A stretch of 41,491 nt of DNA from an uncultured Candidatus Saccharibacteria bacterium (GCA_964478595.1 CAYZIN010000006.1:1-41491); one strand, 5' to 3'. Positions 1 to 9,152 are shown, counted from the stretch's first letter. Translations and numbers: made by a program. The notes: generated by a model not told the origin, from the sequence alone.

Positions 1-70
1 CCCGGTAGGATTCGAACCTACGACCTTAGGCTTAGAAGTCCTCTGCTCTATCCAACTGAGCTACGGGCGC
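1..70 (-). tRNA. tRNA-Arg(UCU), 3' end truncated by the window edge
   Basis: Reverse complement reads GCGCCCG-TA-GCTC..GAGC-A-GAGGA-CT[TCT]AA-GCCTA-AGGTC-GTAGG-TTCGAAT-CCTAC-CGGG. The anticodon stem has two mismatches. Confidence 0.9.
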
Positions 71-82
71 ACGTCGAATCTT

Positions 83-157
83 TGGAGCGGGTGACGGGAA
101 TCGAACCCGTATCTCCAGCTTGGAAGGCTAGCATAATAGCCGTTATACGACACCCGC
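83..157 (-). tRNA. tRNA-Gly(UCC)
   Basis: Cloverleaf GCGGGTG...CTAGC-CT[TCC]AA-GCTGG...GGTTCGATTCC...CACCCGC-T-CCA. Confidence 0.95.
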
Positions 158-160
158 AAA

Positions 161-179
161 TGGTCGGGGATGCGAGACT
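161..179 (-). repeat. 19-bp direct repeat of the tRNA-Pro 3' end (att-like), second copy at 286-304
   Basis: tggtcggggatgcgagact occurs at 161-179 and 286-304. Confidence 0.9.
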
Positions 180-285
180 ACTATGTATAATCCCCACGCT
201 CGGACTTTCAACACTGTTAGTTGAGTTTCAATCCGGGCGTGGTCATTATCGAACTAGCAGTTCTCGTCTCGCCTCTAATTTTATT

Positions 286-361
286 TGGTCGGGGATGCGA
301 GACTCGAACTCACGACCTCCTGCTCCCAAAGCAGGCGCGCTACCAACTGCGCCAATCCCCG
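286..361 (-). tRNA. tRNA-Pro(UGG)
   Basis: CGGGGAT...CCTGC-TT[TGG]GA-GCAGG...GTTCGAGT...ATCCCCG-A-CCA. Confidence 0.95.
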
Positions 362-386
362 TGCCCTTATTGTAACCAAAGACGGA

Positions 387-415
387 ACTATACCTGAAAT
401 TAAGCATAAAATCAA
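387..415 (-). promoter_or_regulatory. sigma70-type promoter for the Pro-Gly-Arg tRNA cluster
   Basis: Minus strand TTGATT-N17-TATAGT, about 25 nt upstream of tRNA-Pro. Confidence 0.65.
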
Positions 416-434
416 TCAGTTGGCGCGCCTAATT

Positions 435-560
435 CTAGTTCTTAATTGGGATCCGACTGCGGTCGGACTTTTTCTTTGGCTTACTTCGTTCCTCTTCGAG
501 TATCTGTCCGTAAATTATCCGATATCTAGCGTCAGTTAAACCGGGCATATAGAGTTTCAT
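435..560 (-). CDS. possible 41-aa basic small protein (MKLYMPGLTDARY...PIKN)
   Basis: Hand-translated ORF starting 5 nt after the stop of 566..910. No recognisable motif. Confidence 0.3.
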   Translation of the reverse strand: MKLYMPGLTDARYRIIYGQILEEERSKPKKKSDRSRIPIKN

Positions 561-565
561 AGCTG

Positions 566-910
566 CTAGTGACTTCGGTGTGGAAAAAATTTACCAACCA
601 GCGCGAACTTGCTGAATTTGGTAATTATCTCCTCCAAATCCAAACGAACGTGGCTGGGAACCACTATGAAGTTCCGGGTCTTGGTGTGGACGCGCTGATA
701 CTCCTCCGTCGACATCAAGATAATTTCACTGCAATCTTTGTCGTCGCACTCACAGTGAAAGGCGGTGTCGGCGTGCTCGGTCAGCCCAGAACCTTTTCTG
801 GATTCAACGACTTGATCCATTCTCTCTTCGTTCAAAATTTTCGACCCAAACTCGTTTAAGATGCGCTTTTCCATCGCCACTTTCAGAGCTTCCACTTGTT
901 CGTTACTCAT
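566..910 (-). CDS. hypothetical protein with CECxxxxC...H motif, possibly metal-binding
   Basis: 114-aa ORF with ATG start and the segment FHCECDDKDC...EEYQRVH...FIVVPSH. Confidence 0.75.
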   Translation of the reverse strand: MSNEQVEALKVAMEKRILNEFGSKILNEERMDQVVESRKGSGLTEHADTAFHCECDDKDCSEIILMSTEEYQRVHTKTRNFIVVPSHVRLDLEEIITKFSKFALVGKFFPHRSH

Positions 911-1118
911 TTTTTCCCTAACAGCCAGGCAGTCATCTGGCTTGAGCTTGATAGCACTGGAATTGGGATAAGTTCAACTTTCGCTCAAGGGTTGGGCCTA
1001 TCGATGCATCTCGAATACATTTCTAGCTAATATCATTGTGCGCTTTTCCAGCACCTGTGCCAAAAGAAACAGTAGGAGTATTCTAGAAGCAAGTAATCTA
1101 GAAGGGCGGTGAAAAAAT

Positions 1119-1283
1119 ATGAAGATGAAAGACTGTTTTGCTCCTCACGTTTTAATGCATAGTTTATTTGGCCTGGGTCTTGGTTTAGTTTTGGCGCATT
1201 TTTGGACAAATTTGTCCGCCAACGTCTGGATCGGCGTCGGCGCCATGGTGGTTGCAGTTGCGCTCGACATGTTACGCAAATAG
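1119..1283 (+). CDS. small two-TM membrane protein, 54 aa (not in ORF track)
   Basis: MKMKDCFAPHVLMHSLFGLGLGLVLAHFWTNLSANVWIGVGAMVVAVALDMLRK. Preceded by GGCGGTGA RBS and followed by a terminator. Confidence 0.7.
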   Translation: MKMKDCFAPHVLMHSLFGLGLGLVLAHFWTNLSANVWIGVGAMVVAVALDMLRK

Positions 1284-1294
1284 TTTATGACCAC

Positions 1295-1327
1295 AAAAAA
1301 AACGGAGCTCATTTGGCTCCGTTTTTG
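1295..1327. terminator. bidirectional intrinsic terminator
   Basis: A-tract, ACGGAGC/GCTCCGT stem and T-tract between convergent genes. Confidence 0.8.
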
Positions 1328-1343
1328 TTACTTTAGATTTTTG

Positions 1344-1616
1344 TTAACGGACCGTCTCCTTCAACCGTTTTCCGGCTCGAAATCTTGGCATAGTCATTGC
1401 CGGAATCTTTATGTCCGCCCCCGTTTGAGGATTAACACCCCTACGTGCCGCCCGCTTACCCAAATCGAACGTGCCAAACCCGGTGATCTGAACCTTGCCA
1501 CCCTTTTTGATCTCCCGGCCGACAATTGTTGCTAGTTTCAAAAGTACTTGCTCAATCTGTCTTTTCGACAGCTGAGCTTCTTTGGACAACGTCTCCACTA
1601 ATTCTTGTTTCGTCAT
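1344..1616 (-). CDS. hup: DNA-binding protein HU
   Basis: MTKQELV..., GFGTF, RAARRGVNPQTG, PRFRAGKRLK; 90 aa. Confidence 0.95.
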   Translation of the reverse strand: MTKQELVETLSKEAQLSKRQIEQVLLKLATIVGREIKKGGKVQITGFGTFDLGKRAARRGVNPQTGADIKIPAMTMPRFRAGKRLKETVR

Positions 1617-1635
1617 CGTAGGGTTAGTTTATCCC

Positions 1636-2202
1636 TTACTTAAGCCGCCCGGCAAGTTTAAGGGCTTTGATCATAACAAGAGCCGACACCCAAGCATCCC
1701 ACCTGGGATGATGTTGCAAATTTTGACCCTCAAGCTCGTCTTCGACCAGTTGATAACGTACCGCCAAAGGCTTAATGCCAATTTGTAAAAGCATGGAGGA
1801 CAAATCAAGCAATGGGAACGGATGATCCCAATAGCGCTCAGCTAAATCGTCGTCTTGGCATTGCGCCAAAAAACGCGTTTCGACCGGGTAGCCATTGTTA
1901 ACCATCACATAATCTGCCTGCTCCTTGGCCGGTTTGTACCAGTCCCAGAACGCGGTTCGCATAGCCTTAGCCGTTTTGTAATCCTCCGGCATGTCGGATA
2001 GAACTGGGATGACGTGTTTTTGGACCCATTCATCAACCTCACCCTTGATCGGACAACGGCCAGAAAACTCGTCGATTATTTTGCCGGTGCAGTCGATTAA
2101 AACTGCACCCACCGCAAAGGCTTCGCCATGAAGCCCGTTGCTCTCAACATCTAGACAAAGTATTTTGGTTTGTTTGTTAATTTCGGGAGCGTCAGGGGGC
2201 AC
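1636..2202 (-). CDS. DEDDh (DnaQ-like) 3'-5' exonuclease family protein
   Basis: ExoI LDVESNG and ExoIII-like HHPRWDA. The ExoII position has E (PVE). Confidence 0.7.
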   Translation of the reverse strand: MPPDAPEINKQTKILCLDVESNGLHGEAFAVGAVLIDCTGKIIDEFSGRCPIKGEVDEWVQKHVIPVLSDMPEDYKTAKAMRTAFWDWYKPAKEQADYVMVNNGYPVETRFLAQCQDDDLAERYWDHPFPLLDLSSMLLQIGIKPLAVRYQLVEDELEGQNLQHHPRWDAWVSALVMIKALKLAGRLK

Positions 2203-2204
2203 GG

Positions 2205-3722
2205 TTACTTCGCGTATTCTACGGCGCGGGTTTCGCGGATTACGTTAACTTTAATCGTGCCAGGATATTTTAAGGTAGCTTCAATTTTGGTGGCGATATC
2301 GCGGGCCATTTTAATTGCCGTCAGGTCGTCGATTGCTTCAGGTTCAACGATAATGCGAATCTCGCGTCCGGCCGAAATAGCGTAACTTTTGTTAACTCCG
2401 GGGAAACCGTTGGCAATACCTTCGAGCTCGGTCATGCGCTTGGCATAGTTTTCCAAAGTATCACCGCGGGCGCCGGTGCGGCCAGCCGAAATGGCGTCTA
2501 CCACCCTAACCACCAAAGCCTCAGAGGTAGTAGCCTCGATGTCATCGTGATGAGCCTCGGCAGCATGGCAAATTGCTTCTTCAATACCGTTTTTCTCGGC
2601 AATCACGCGCGAAAGGTGGTGGTGCTTGCCTTCCATTTCATGGGTTACGGCCTTGCCGATATCGTGAATTAGGGCTGCAAACTTAGAAATCCGCACATCG
2701 GCACCAATGTCGGCTGCAATCATGCCGGCCAGATGAGTCATTTCAACAGAATGAGACAAGACGTTTTGAGAGTAAGAGGTGCGGAATTTTAAACTACCAA
2801 GCAGGCGGACCATTTCGGCTGGCATACCAACCACGCCAGTTTCCTTGCAGGCTTGCTCTCCGGCTTCTTTCATCTGCTTTTCGACTTCCTCCTGAGCTTT
2901 TTTCACTACCTCTTCAATTCGCGCCGGGTGGATCCGGCCGTCGACCATCAGCTTCTCCATGGCGACTTTGGCAACCTGACGACGAATCGGATCAAAACTT
3001 GAAAGAACTACAGCGCCCGGCGTGTCATCAACGATCACATCTACACCTGTTGCCCGTTCAAATGCCTGAATGTTGCGGCCTTCTTTGCCGATAATCCGGC
3101 CTTTCATTTCATCGTCCGGTAACGGCACGGCGGTTACGGTCCGCTCGCTAGATTGTTCGCCGGCCATCCGCTCCATCGCCGATACAATAATCTCCCGGGC
3201 CTTTTCGTCGGCCGTTTCCTTAGCCTCATTCTCAAGTTTAGAGATTAGGCTGAGTAGGTCGTGCTTAATATCCTTCTCGGTCATGGAGAGTAGTTTTTCC
3301 TCGGCCTCTTCTTTTTTGAGTTTGGCGATTTTCTCAAGGTTTTCTTGCTGCTTGACGCGAATAGCCTTGAGCTCGTCCTTGAGTTTGGTCAAATCGTCCT
3401 CTTCGGCGCGCAGTTTTTCACTGCGACCGTCGAGCTCATCGAGTTTTTTGTCGAGCTGAGTTTCGCGCGAACTCAAACGGTTCTCGACCTCCAGCAGTTG
3501 TTTGCGTCGATCGGCTTCTTCTTTTTTAGAGGCTTCGATTAATTTGATCGACTCAGTTTTAGCTTCGAGCGTAATTTCTTTGGCTTTTGCGTCGGCCTCG
3601 TCTAACAGTTTTTTGGCTTTGACGTCGGCTTGTCCGCTTTTTTGTTTAGACTGAAAATTGGAATAACCGTAGCCTGCCCCACCGGCGATAGCGACAAAGA
3701 CTGCCACAAGAATTGGCGACAT
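2205..3722 (-). CDS. rny: ribonuclease Y
   Basis: N-terminal TM, coiled coil, KH (KGRIIGKEGRNI), HD (HDIGK) and C-terminal VIRETRAVEYAK. Confidence 0.97.
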   Translation of the reverse strand: MSPILVAVFVAIAGGAGYGYSNFQSKQKSGQADVKAKKLLDEADAKAKEITLEAKTESIKLIEASKKEEADRRKQLLEVENRLSSRETQLDKKLDELDGRSEKLRAEEDDLTKLKDELKAIRVKQQENLEKIAKLKKEEAEEKLLSMTEKDIKHDLLSLISKLENEAKETADEKAREIIVSAMERMAGEQSSERTVTAVPLPDDEMKGRIIGKEGRNIQAFERATGVDVIVDDTPGAVVLSSFDPIRRQVAKVAMEKLMVDGRIHPARIEEVVKKAQEEVEKQMKEAGEQACKETGVVGMPAEMVRLLGSLKFRTSYSQNVLSHSVEMTHLAGMIAADIGADVRISKFAALIHDIGKAVTHEMEGKHHHLSRVIAEKNGIEEAICHAAEAHHDDIEATTSEALVVRVVDAISAGRTGARGDTLENYAKRMTELEGIANGFPGVNKSYAISAGREIRIIVEPEAIDDLTAIKMARDIATKIEATLKYPGTIKVNVIRETRAVEYAK

Positions 3723-3824
3723 AGGTTGCCTTTCTAGATCAGATAATGGATTGTCCGAGTTACCGAGTAATGGGAGTACCGAAAGTTAATAAAAATCAAA
3801 ATTCACCAAAATCTGCGTGGTTTA

Positions 3825-3854
3825 AATTTAACGCCACTTTCAAGCTCGTGTCAA
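3825..3854 (-). promoter_or_regulatory. putative sigma70 promoter of rny
   Basis: Minus strand TTGACA-N17/18-TTAAAT/TAAATT, about 100 nt upstream of rny. Confidence 0.5.
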
Positions 3855-3869
3855 GATTACAACATTCAA

Positions 3870-4250
3870 TTATTTGGCTTTGGGGAGCGTAATTTTGGCT
3901 GGCGCTCCGTAACGGGGTGCCACTTGCTGGAGCGGTTTCGCACGTAAAAGTTTTTTGACGGCAATCTCAATCCAATTCCGGCCGGTAGCTGAAGCGATTG
4001 GGATATTTAAGCTGTAAGCTAGCGTATTGGCAACGGTATGGCCAATTCGCAGTCCGGTAAACGAGCCTGGACCGGCGAAAATCACAATGCCTTCGAGTTT
4101 TTCCCAATCCCCTACTATTTTTTTTATCTCGGGAAGTAGCTGTTTCGATAATTGCCTACCGGCCAGCCACTCTTTTTGCTTTTGCCGAACTGACCCTTGG
4201 AATAAAGAGATTTCGGCCTCGGGTCGGTCGGTTTTAATCGCCAAAATCAC
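3870..4250 (-). CDS. tsaB: t6A biosynthesis protein TsaB (short form)
   Basis: GPGSFTGLRIG motif; adjacent to tsaE. Confidence 0.92.
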   Translation of the reverse strand: MILAIKTDRPEAEISLFQGSVRQKQKEWLAGRQLSKQLLPEIKKIVGDWEKLEGIVIFAGPGSFTGLRIGHTVANTLAYSLNIPIASATGRNWIEIAVKKLLRAKPLQQVAPRYGAPAKITLPKAK

Positions 4251-4699
4251 TCTAAATCCTCTGCCATTTTGTTATAACGCAGACCGTGAGGTTCGATGAT
4301 GACTTCGCGTTGGTCCTCGCCCAAGCGGCGCAGGTTAATAGCCAAAAAATCCGGCGGTAAAGCTTCCTTTATATGTTCTGCCCATTCCACCACCACGATG
4401 GCGTCCGGGTCGTTGGCGGCCTCGGTAATTTCCATCGCCACGATGTCACCCGAATCGATCCGATAAAAATCAAAGTGGTGGAAGCTTTTGCCGTTCACTT
4501 GATAAACGCGGCTAATCGTAAAAGTCGGGCTAGAGATTGGTTGGGAAATGCCTAGCCCTTTAGCCAGCCCTTTAATAAACACGGTTTTCCCGGTTCCCAG
4601 ATCGCCGGTCAACTCAATTAACTCCCCGCCCGATAATCGGCGGCCGAGTTTTTCGCCTATTCTCTGCGTTTCTTCAGTGGATTTAGTAACAATTTTCAC
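4247..4699 (-). CDS. tsaE: t6A biosynthesis ATPase TsaE
   Basis: GDLGTGKT, SPTF, HFDFYR and VEWAE motifs. Confidence 0.95.
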   Translation of the reverse strand: MKIVTKSTEETQRIGEKLGRRLSGGELIELTGDLGTGKTVFIKGLAKGLGISQPISSPTFTISRVYQVNGKSFHHFDFYRIDSGDIVAMEITEAANDPDAIVVVEWAEHIKEALPPDFLAINLRRLGEDQREVIIEPHGLRYNKMAEDLE

Positions 4700-4840
4700 T
4701 CGCCTATCCTAGCTCAAAACCACCGAAAGAATATAGAGTTTATAGAGCGTAAGCGTTATAATCAAGGGGATGAGTCTCGTTAGGCATCACAAGGAAGCGA
4801 GACCACTTTGCGGTATTTTGCCGGCAGGGGGTTTTTAGGT

Positions 4841-6787
4841 ATGCGAATTTCCGACTCCGATCTCAAAAAATTACTGTTGGCATCGCAAAAAGTCACCCTT
4901 CAAGATCTCGACGATGCTGCTCGCAGCGCCACCCAGTCGGAGCAGTCGCTGCTTTCAGTTGTGCTGAAGCGTAACTTAATCGACGAAAAAGATCTGCTCA
5001 AAATTTACGGCAAGAGCATTAACGTCCCTTTTATTGAGTTAAAAGGAATCCGGATGCCCAAAGAAGTGCTGACTAAAATCCCCGAGCGAACGGCCCGGAA
5101 ATACGATGCCGTGCTTTTCGGCAAACTGGGCAACAGCTACCAGCTGGCCATGTCGGACCCGGAAGATTTGGCGGCTTTAGACTTTGTGCGTAAATCGGTT
5201 GGCGGCGATGTTAAAACCTACGTGGCCTCTTCCGCCGACATATTGGCGGCGCTCGACCAATACCGTACCAGCATGGAAGGTGAAATCACTAAGGCGATTA
5301 AATCCTCCGAGGAAGAGGAGTCAAAAGACGCGAGGCAGCCTGAAGTTAGCGCCAAGGACTTAGCCGAAGACGCGCCTATCGCCAAAACTGTGAACATTAT
5401 TTTGGAATATGGTCTGCGGTTCGGTGCTTCCGACATTCATATTGAGCCGCGAGAAAATATTATCCAGGTCCGCTACCGAGTAGATGGCATTTTGCAAGAA
5501 AGCATGACCCTGCCGCGCACACTACTAGCTCCGGTCGTGTCCCGCGTGAAAATTTTAGCCAATCTAAAAATCGACGAACACCGTTTGCCCCAAGACGGCC
5601 GGTTCAAATTCCAGCTGGGTTCCAAAATGGCGGCGCTGCGTGTTTCAACTTTACCGGTGATGGACGGTGAAAAAGTCGTAATTCGTATCTTAGACGAATC
5701 CGCCAAACCGATGACCTTAGAGCAATTGGGGCTTGAGGGCCGCAGTCTGCAGGTTATCGATAAGGGGTTGGATCGGCCTTTCGGAATGACTTTGGTTACT
5801 GGACCAACCGGGGCCGGTAAATCGACCACACTGTATAGTATTTTGTCGATTATCAACCGCGTTGGGGTAAACATTTCAACCGTTGAAGATCCGGTAGAGT
5901 ATAAAATCGCTGGGGTTAATCAAACCCAAGTGAACCCCCAAATCGGCCTAACCTTTGCTAACGGACTGCGGGCTTTAGTCCGCCAAGACCCAAACATTAT
6001 TATGGTGGGTGAGATTCGTGACCGCGAAACCGCCGAATTGGCGGTGCAAGCGTCACTAACTGGTCACTTAATGCTCTCAACCCTTCACACCAACAATGCC
6101 GCAACCAGTTTGCCAAGGTTACTTGAAATGGGAATTGAACCATTTCTAATTGCTTCTACTATTAACACCGTCATCGGCCAACGGCTGGTGCGGCGAGTTT
6201 GTAATGTTTGCCGGATACCACACGTGCCAGAGGGCATGGAGCTGCAAGATTTAGCCAAGGAATTCAACGTTGAAGCGGCAGTGAAATACTACGAATCGAC
6301 CAAGGTCACGGCGTCCCAGGTCAAACCGGCAACTTCTTCGGCCACCTTATCCGCCGAACCAAGCGGCAAGGTAATTAGTCCGCTTCACAACATCAATACC
6401 GAATCGATCATCACCAAAATAAAAGCAGATCCCGCTATTATCGATCGCAGCGCCAACCAAGCCAAAATGACCGCGGTTGCCTCTGCCGTGGCGGTTCCTG
6501 CTGTCCAGATTGATCCGTCAAAGCTTAAGCCCGGCCAGTTCATTCTTTATAAAGCCGGCAAGGGTTGTTCAAACTGTCACAGCGGTTACTTGGGCCGAAT
6601 TGGCATTTACGAAGTGCTCGAGGTCAGCGACACCGTGCAGAAGTTGATCGTTTCGCACGGCACCAGTGACGACATCCAAAATCAGGCTATTAAAGAAGGC
6701 ATGTTAACAATGCAGCAAGACGGCTTCGTCAAAGCCCTGCGCGGCATGACAACGGTCGAAGAAGTTATGAGGGTGACCAAAGAATGA
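4841..6787 (+). CDS. pilB: type IV pilus assembly ATPase PilB (GspE/PulE family)
   Basis: ASDIHIEP, Walker A GPTGAGKST, RQDPNIIMVGEIRD, STLHTN, two CxxC and GRIGIYE. Start moved to ATG 4841. Confidence 0.93.
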   Translation: MRISDSDLKKLLLASQKVTLQDLDDAARSATQSEQSLLSVVLKRNLIDEKDLLKIYGKSINVPFIELKGIRMPKEVLTKIPERTARKYDAVLFGKLGNSYQLAMSDPEDLAALDFVRKSVGGDVKTYVASSADILAALDQYRTSMEGEITKAIKSSEEEESKDARQPEVSAKDLAEDAPIAKTVNIILEYGLRFGASDIHIEPRENIIQVRYRVDGILQESMTLPRTLLAPVVSRVKILANLKIDEHRLPQDGRFKFQLGSKMAALRVSTLPVMDGEKVVIRILDESAKPMTLEQLGLEGRSLQVIDKGLDRPFGMTLVTGPTGAGKSTTLYSILSIINRVGVNISTVEDPVEYKIAGVNQTQVNPQIGLTFANGLRALVRQDPNIIMVGEIRDRETAELAVQASLTGHLMLSTLHTNNAATSLPRLLEMGIEPFLIASTINTVIGQRLVRRVCNVCRIPHVPEGMELQDLAKEFNVEAAVKYYESTKVTASQVKPATSSATLSAEPSGKVISPLHNINTESIITKIKADPAIIDRSANQAKMTAVASAVAVPAVQIDPSKLKPGQFILYKAGKGCSNCHSGYLGRIGIYEVLEVSDTVQKLIVSHGTSDDIQNQAIKEGMLTMQQDGFVKALRGMTTVEEVMRVTKE

Positions 6788-8025
6788 ACTTCGCCTATAC
6801 AGCACGAGCCGCCAATGGCGTGGTTAGCCAGGGCGAGGTGGCCGCCACCGATCGCAACGCAGCCTTAAACGCTTTATCTCGACAGGGTCTAACCCCGGTA
6901 GTTATAAAAGAACTCGGCGAGAAAAAGCAGCGTAAGCTAGGCCTCGCCAGCATCCCCTTACTAGGGCGAGTGTTTGGCCCAGGCAAGGTCAAAGCCAGCG
7001 AAAAGATCTTCTTTTCAAGGCAGCTTTCGATCATGGTCGACGCTCAAGTGCCGGTGGCCCGAGCTTTCGGATTACTGGAAAAACAGGCTGCTTCAAAACG
7101 GATGAAAGAAGTCTTGAGCGGGCTGACTCAAGAAATCGAAAGTGGTGCTAGTATTTCCGATTCACTGGCCAACTATCCGGACGTCTTTTCGCCGGTGTAT
7201 GTAAACATGGTAAAGGCTGGCGAGGCCGCGGGAATTTTAGACCAAGTGTTTGATCGGCTAGCGACTCAACAAGAAAAAGACTTTGAGATCGTCGGGAAGG
7301 TTCGCGGCGCATCTATTTACCCGGCAGTCATTACAGTTGCCGCCATTGGCGCTTTCGCTTTTTTAATGACGGTAATCGTCCCAAAGTTATCGGTAATTTT
7401 TGATTCGTTTGGTACCCAGCTGCCGATTTACACCAAAATCATGTTATCGATCAGTCGGTTTTTACGGCGAGACGGATTGTACTTGGGCGGAGGAATCGCC
7501 GCGGCTATCTTCGCCCTTATATACTGGCATCGCACCGCACCTGGTAAAAAGTTTTTTGATCGGCTGGCGTTAAAGTCTCCGATTTTAGGTCCGATCATCG
7601 TGAAATTTAACGTCGCCCGGTTTGCCCGGACATTTGGTGCACTAATGGCATCCGGTTTGGCGGTGGTTGAAGCGCTCAATATTACCGCCGGCGCTTTAGG
7701 TAACACTATGTTTAAAGAAGAACTGGAGAACGCGGCTAAGCAGGTTAAAAACGGCGTGCCGGTGTCGGAAGTTTTGGAAAAAAGTAAGGTCTTTCCGCCG
7801 CTTGTGGCCCAAATGATTAAAGTTGGGGAAGAAACCGGGCAAGTCGATAAGGTTTTACTGAAACTCGCGACTTTTTTCGAAAAAGAGGTCGACAGTGTGG
7901 TTTCCAACCTGACCTCGGTTATTGAGCCGGTTTTAATTATCATGCTGGGTTTTATGGTTGGATCAATTGTGTTATCGATCTTCGGCCCGATCTCCAAGCT
8001 CACCCAAACTCTGCCGTCTTCTTAA
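6784..8025 (+). CDS. pilC: type IV pilus platform protein PilC (GspF family)
   Basis: Two GspF domains (MVKAGEAAG, MIKVGEETG, IEP) and three TM segments; overlaps the pilB stop. Confidence 0.93.
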   Translation: MNFAYTARAANGVVSQGEVAATDRNAALNALSRQGLTPVVIKELGEKKQRKLGLASIPLLGRVFGPGKVKASEKIFFSRQLSIMVDAQVPVARAFGLLEKQAASKRMKEVLSGLTQEIESGASISDSLANYPDVFSPVYVNMVKAGEAAGILDQVFDRLATQQEKDFEIVGKVRGASIYPAVITVAAIGAFAFLMTVIVPKLSVIFDSFGTQLPIYTKIMLSISRFLRRDGLYLGGGIAAAIFALIYWHRTAPGKKFFDRLALKSPILGPIIVKFNVARFARTFGALMASGLAVVEALNITAGALGNTMFKEELENAAKQVKNGVPVSEVLEKSKVFPPLVAQMIKVGEETGQVDKVLLKLATFFEKEVDSVVSNLTSVIEPVLIIMLGFMVGSIVLSIFGPISKLTQTLPSS

Positions 8026-8032
8026 ATAATTG

Positions 8033-8060
8033 TTGACATGGTTGTTGGAGTCGTTATAGT
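8033..8060 (+). promoter_or_regulatory. sigma70-type promoter for the major pilins
   Basis: TTGACA-N16-TATAGT; AGGAGG at 8088-8093. Confidence 0.65.
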
Positions 8061-8104
8061 AAGCATAAGTACTAATCATTTCGCTTCAGGAGGGCGGAAC
8101 TGAA

Positions 8105-8635
8105 ATGTTAGCTAGATTGACCAACAAAAACCAAGGCTTTACCTTACTCGAGCTGCTAATCGTAATTGTGATTATTGGAATTTTGGCCGTAATTATTGTG
8201 CCAGGCTTGGCTAGCGGTCCGCAGCGTGCTCGTGATGCTCAACGTAAAGCCGACATTCGTGGTATTAAAAATGCTCTCGAAACTTACTACAACGACCAAA
8301 CGGCTGGTGGTAAGTACCCCAACATCGTTTCAACCACCGGTATTACCGACGACTTCACCGTCTTTTCGGATGGTACCAACGGCCTAAAGTCAGTGTTGGT
8401 TACCTCTTATTTGCCGAGTATGCCTCAAGATCCTAAAAACAGCGGTGTGTTTAAGTACTACTACGCCCAGAAAGACACCACGGCTTCTTCGGCTATTGTC
8501 GGCACCTGTTTAGAAAACACCAAAGACTCCACAGTTGGAGCTACGGCTGGTTATGCAACTCCGTTTGCTACACCAACTGCCTGTGGCAGTGGTACGCCTG
8601 CCGGTGTGACCTACATTATTCAAACCCTTAACTAG
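8105..8635 (+). CDS. type IV pilin 1 (probable major pilin)
   Basis: Prepilin motif QG|FTLLE, hydrophobic helix, ARDAQRKAD, PQDP and a C-terminal Cys pair. Confidence 0.92.
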   Translation: MLARLTNKNQGFTLLELLIVIVIIGILAVIIVPGLASGPQRARDAQRKADIRGIKNALETYYNDQTAGGKYPNIVSTTGITDDFTVFSDGTNGLKSVLVTSYLPSMPQDPKNSGVFKYYYAQKDTTASSAIVGTCLENTKDSTVGATAGYATPFATPTACGSGTPAGVTYIIQTLN

Positions 8636-8644
8636 GAGATACAA

Positions 8645-9139
8645 GTGTTTGCCAACTTACTTAAACGGGATAAAGGTTTCACTCTGCTCGAGCTGTTAAT
8701 CGTCATTGTAATCATCGGAATCTTGGCCGTAATTATTGTGCCAGGCTTGGCTAGCGGTCCGCAGCGTGCTCGTGATGCTCAACGTAAAGCCGACATGCGC
8801 GCGGTCAAAAACGCTCTCGAAACTTACTACAACGACCAAACGGCCGGTGGTTTTTACCCGAACGTAGCCGGCGCTAGTGCTTCGGCTCGTTACACCGCCC
8901 TTGGTGCTGTCTTGGTAACCGGATATCTGCCTTCGCTTCCGAGCGACCCAAGATCCGGTGGTATTGCTTACCAATATGCCCAGAAGGACGCCACTTCGAC
9001 TTCTTCACTAGTAATCGCTTGCCTGGAAAACGCTAAAGACACGGTTGTGGGGTCAACATCTTTGTATAACACCCAACAAACGATTACTGGTTGCAGCGGT
9101 AACCAAACCATCCTCTACTCGATCCAGACTATTAACTAG
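8645..9139 (+). CDS. type IV pilin 2 (paralog of pilin 1)
   Basis: KG|FTLLE; mature N-terminus identical to pilin 1; AGGAG RBS and GTG start. Confidence 0.92.
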   Translation: MFANLLKRDKGFTLLELLIVIVIIGILAVIIVPGLASGPQRARDAQRKADMRAVKNALETYYNDQTAGGFYPNVAGASASARYTALGAVLVTGYLPSLPSDPRSGGIAYQYAQKDATSTSSLVIACLENAKDTVVGSTSLYNTQQTITGCSGNQTILYSIQTIN

Positions 9140-9152
9140 TTAACTTCCACGC

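Noticed and set aside
82-539. ORFs 82..375 and 285..539
   Set aside because: They are antisense translations of tRNA genes.
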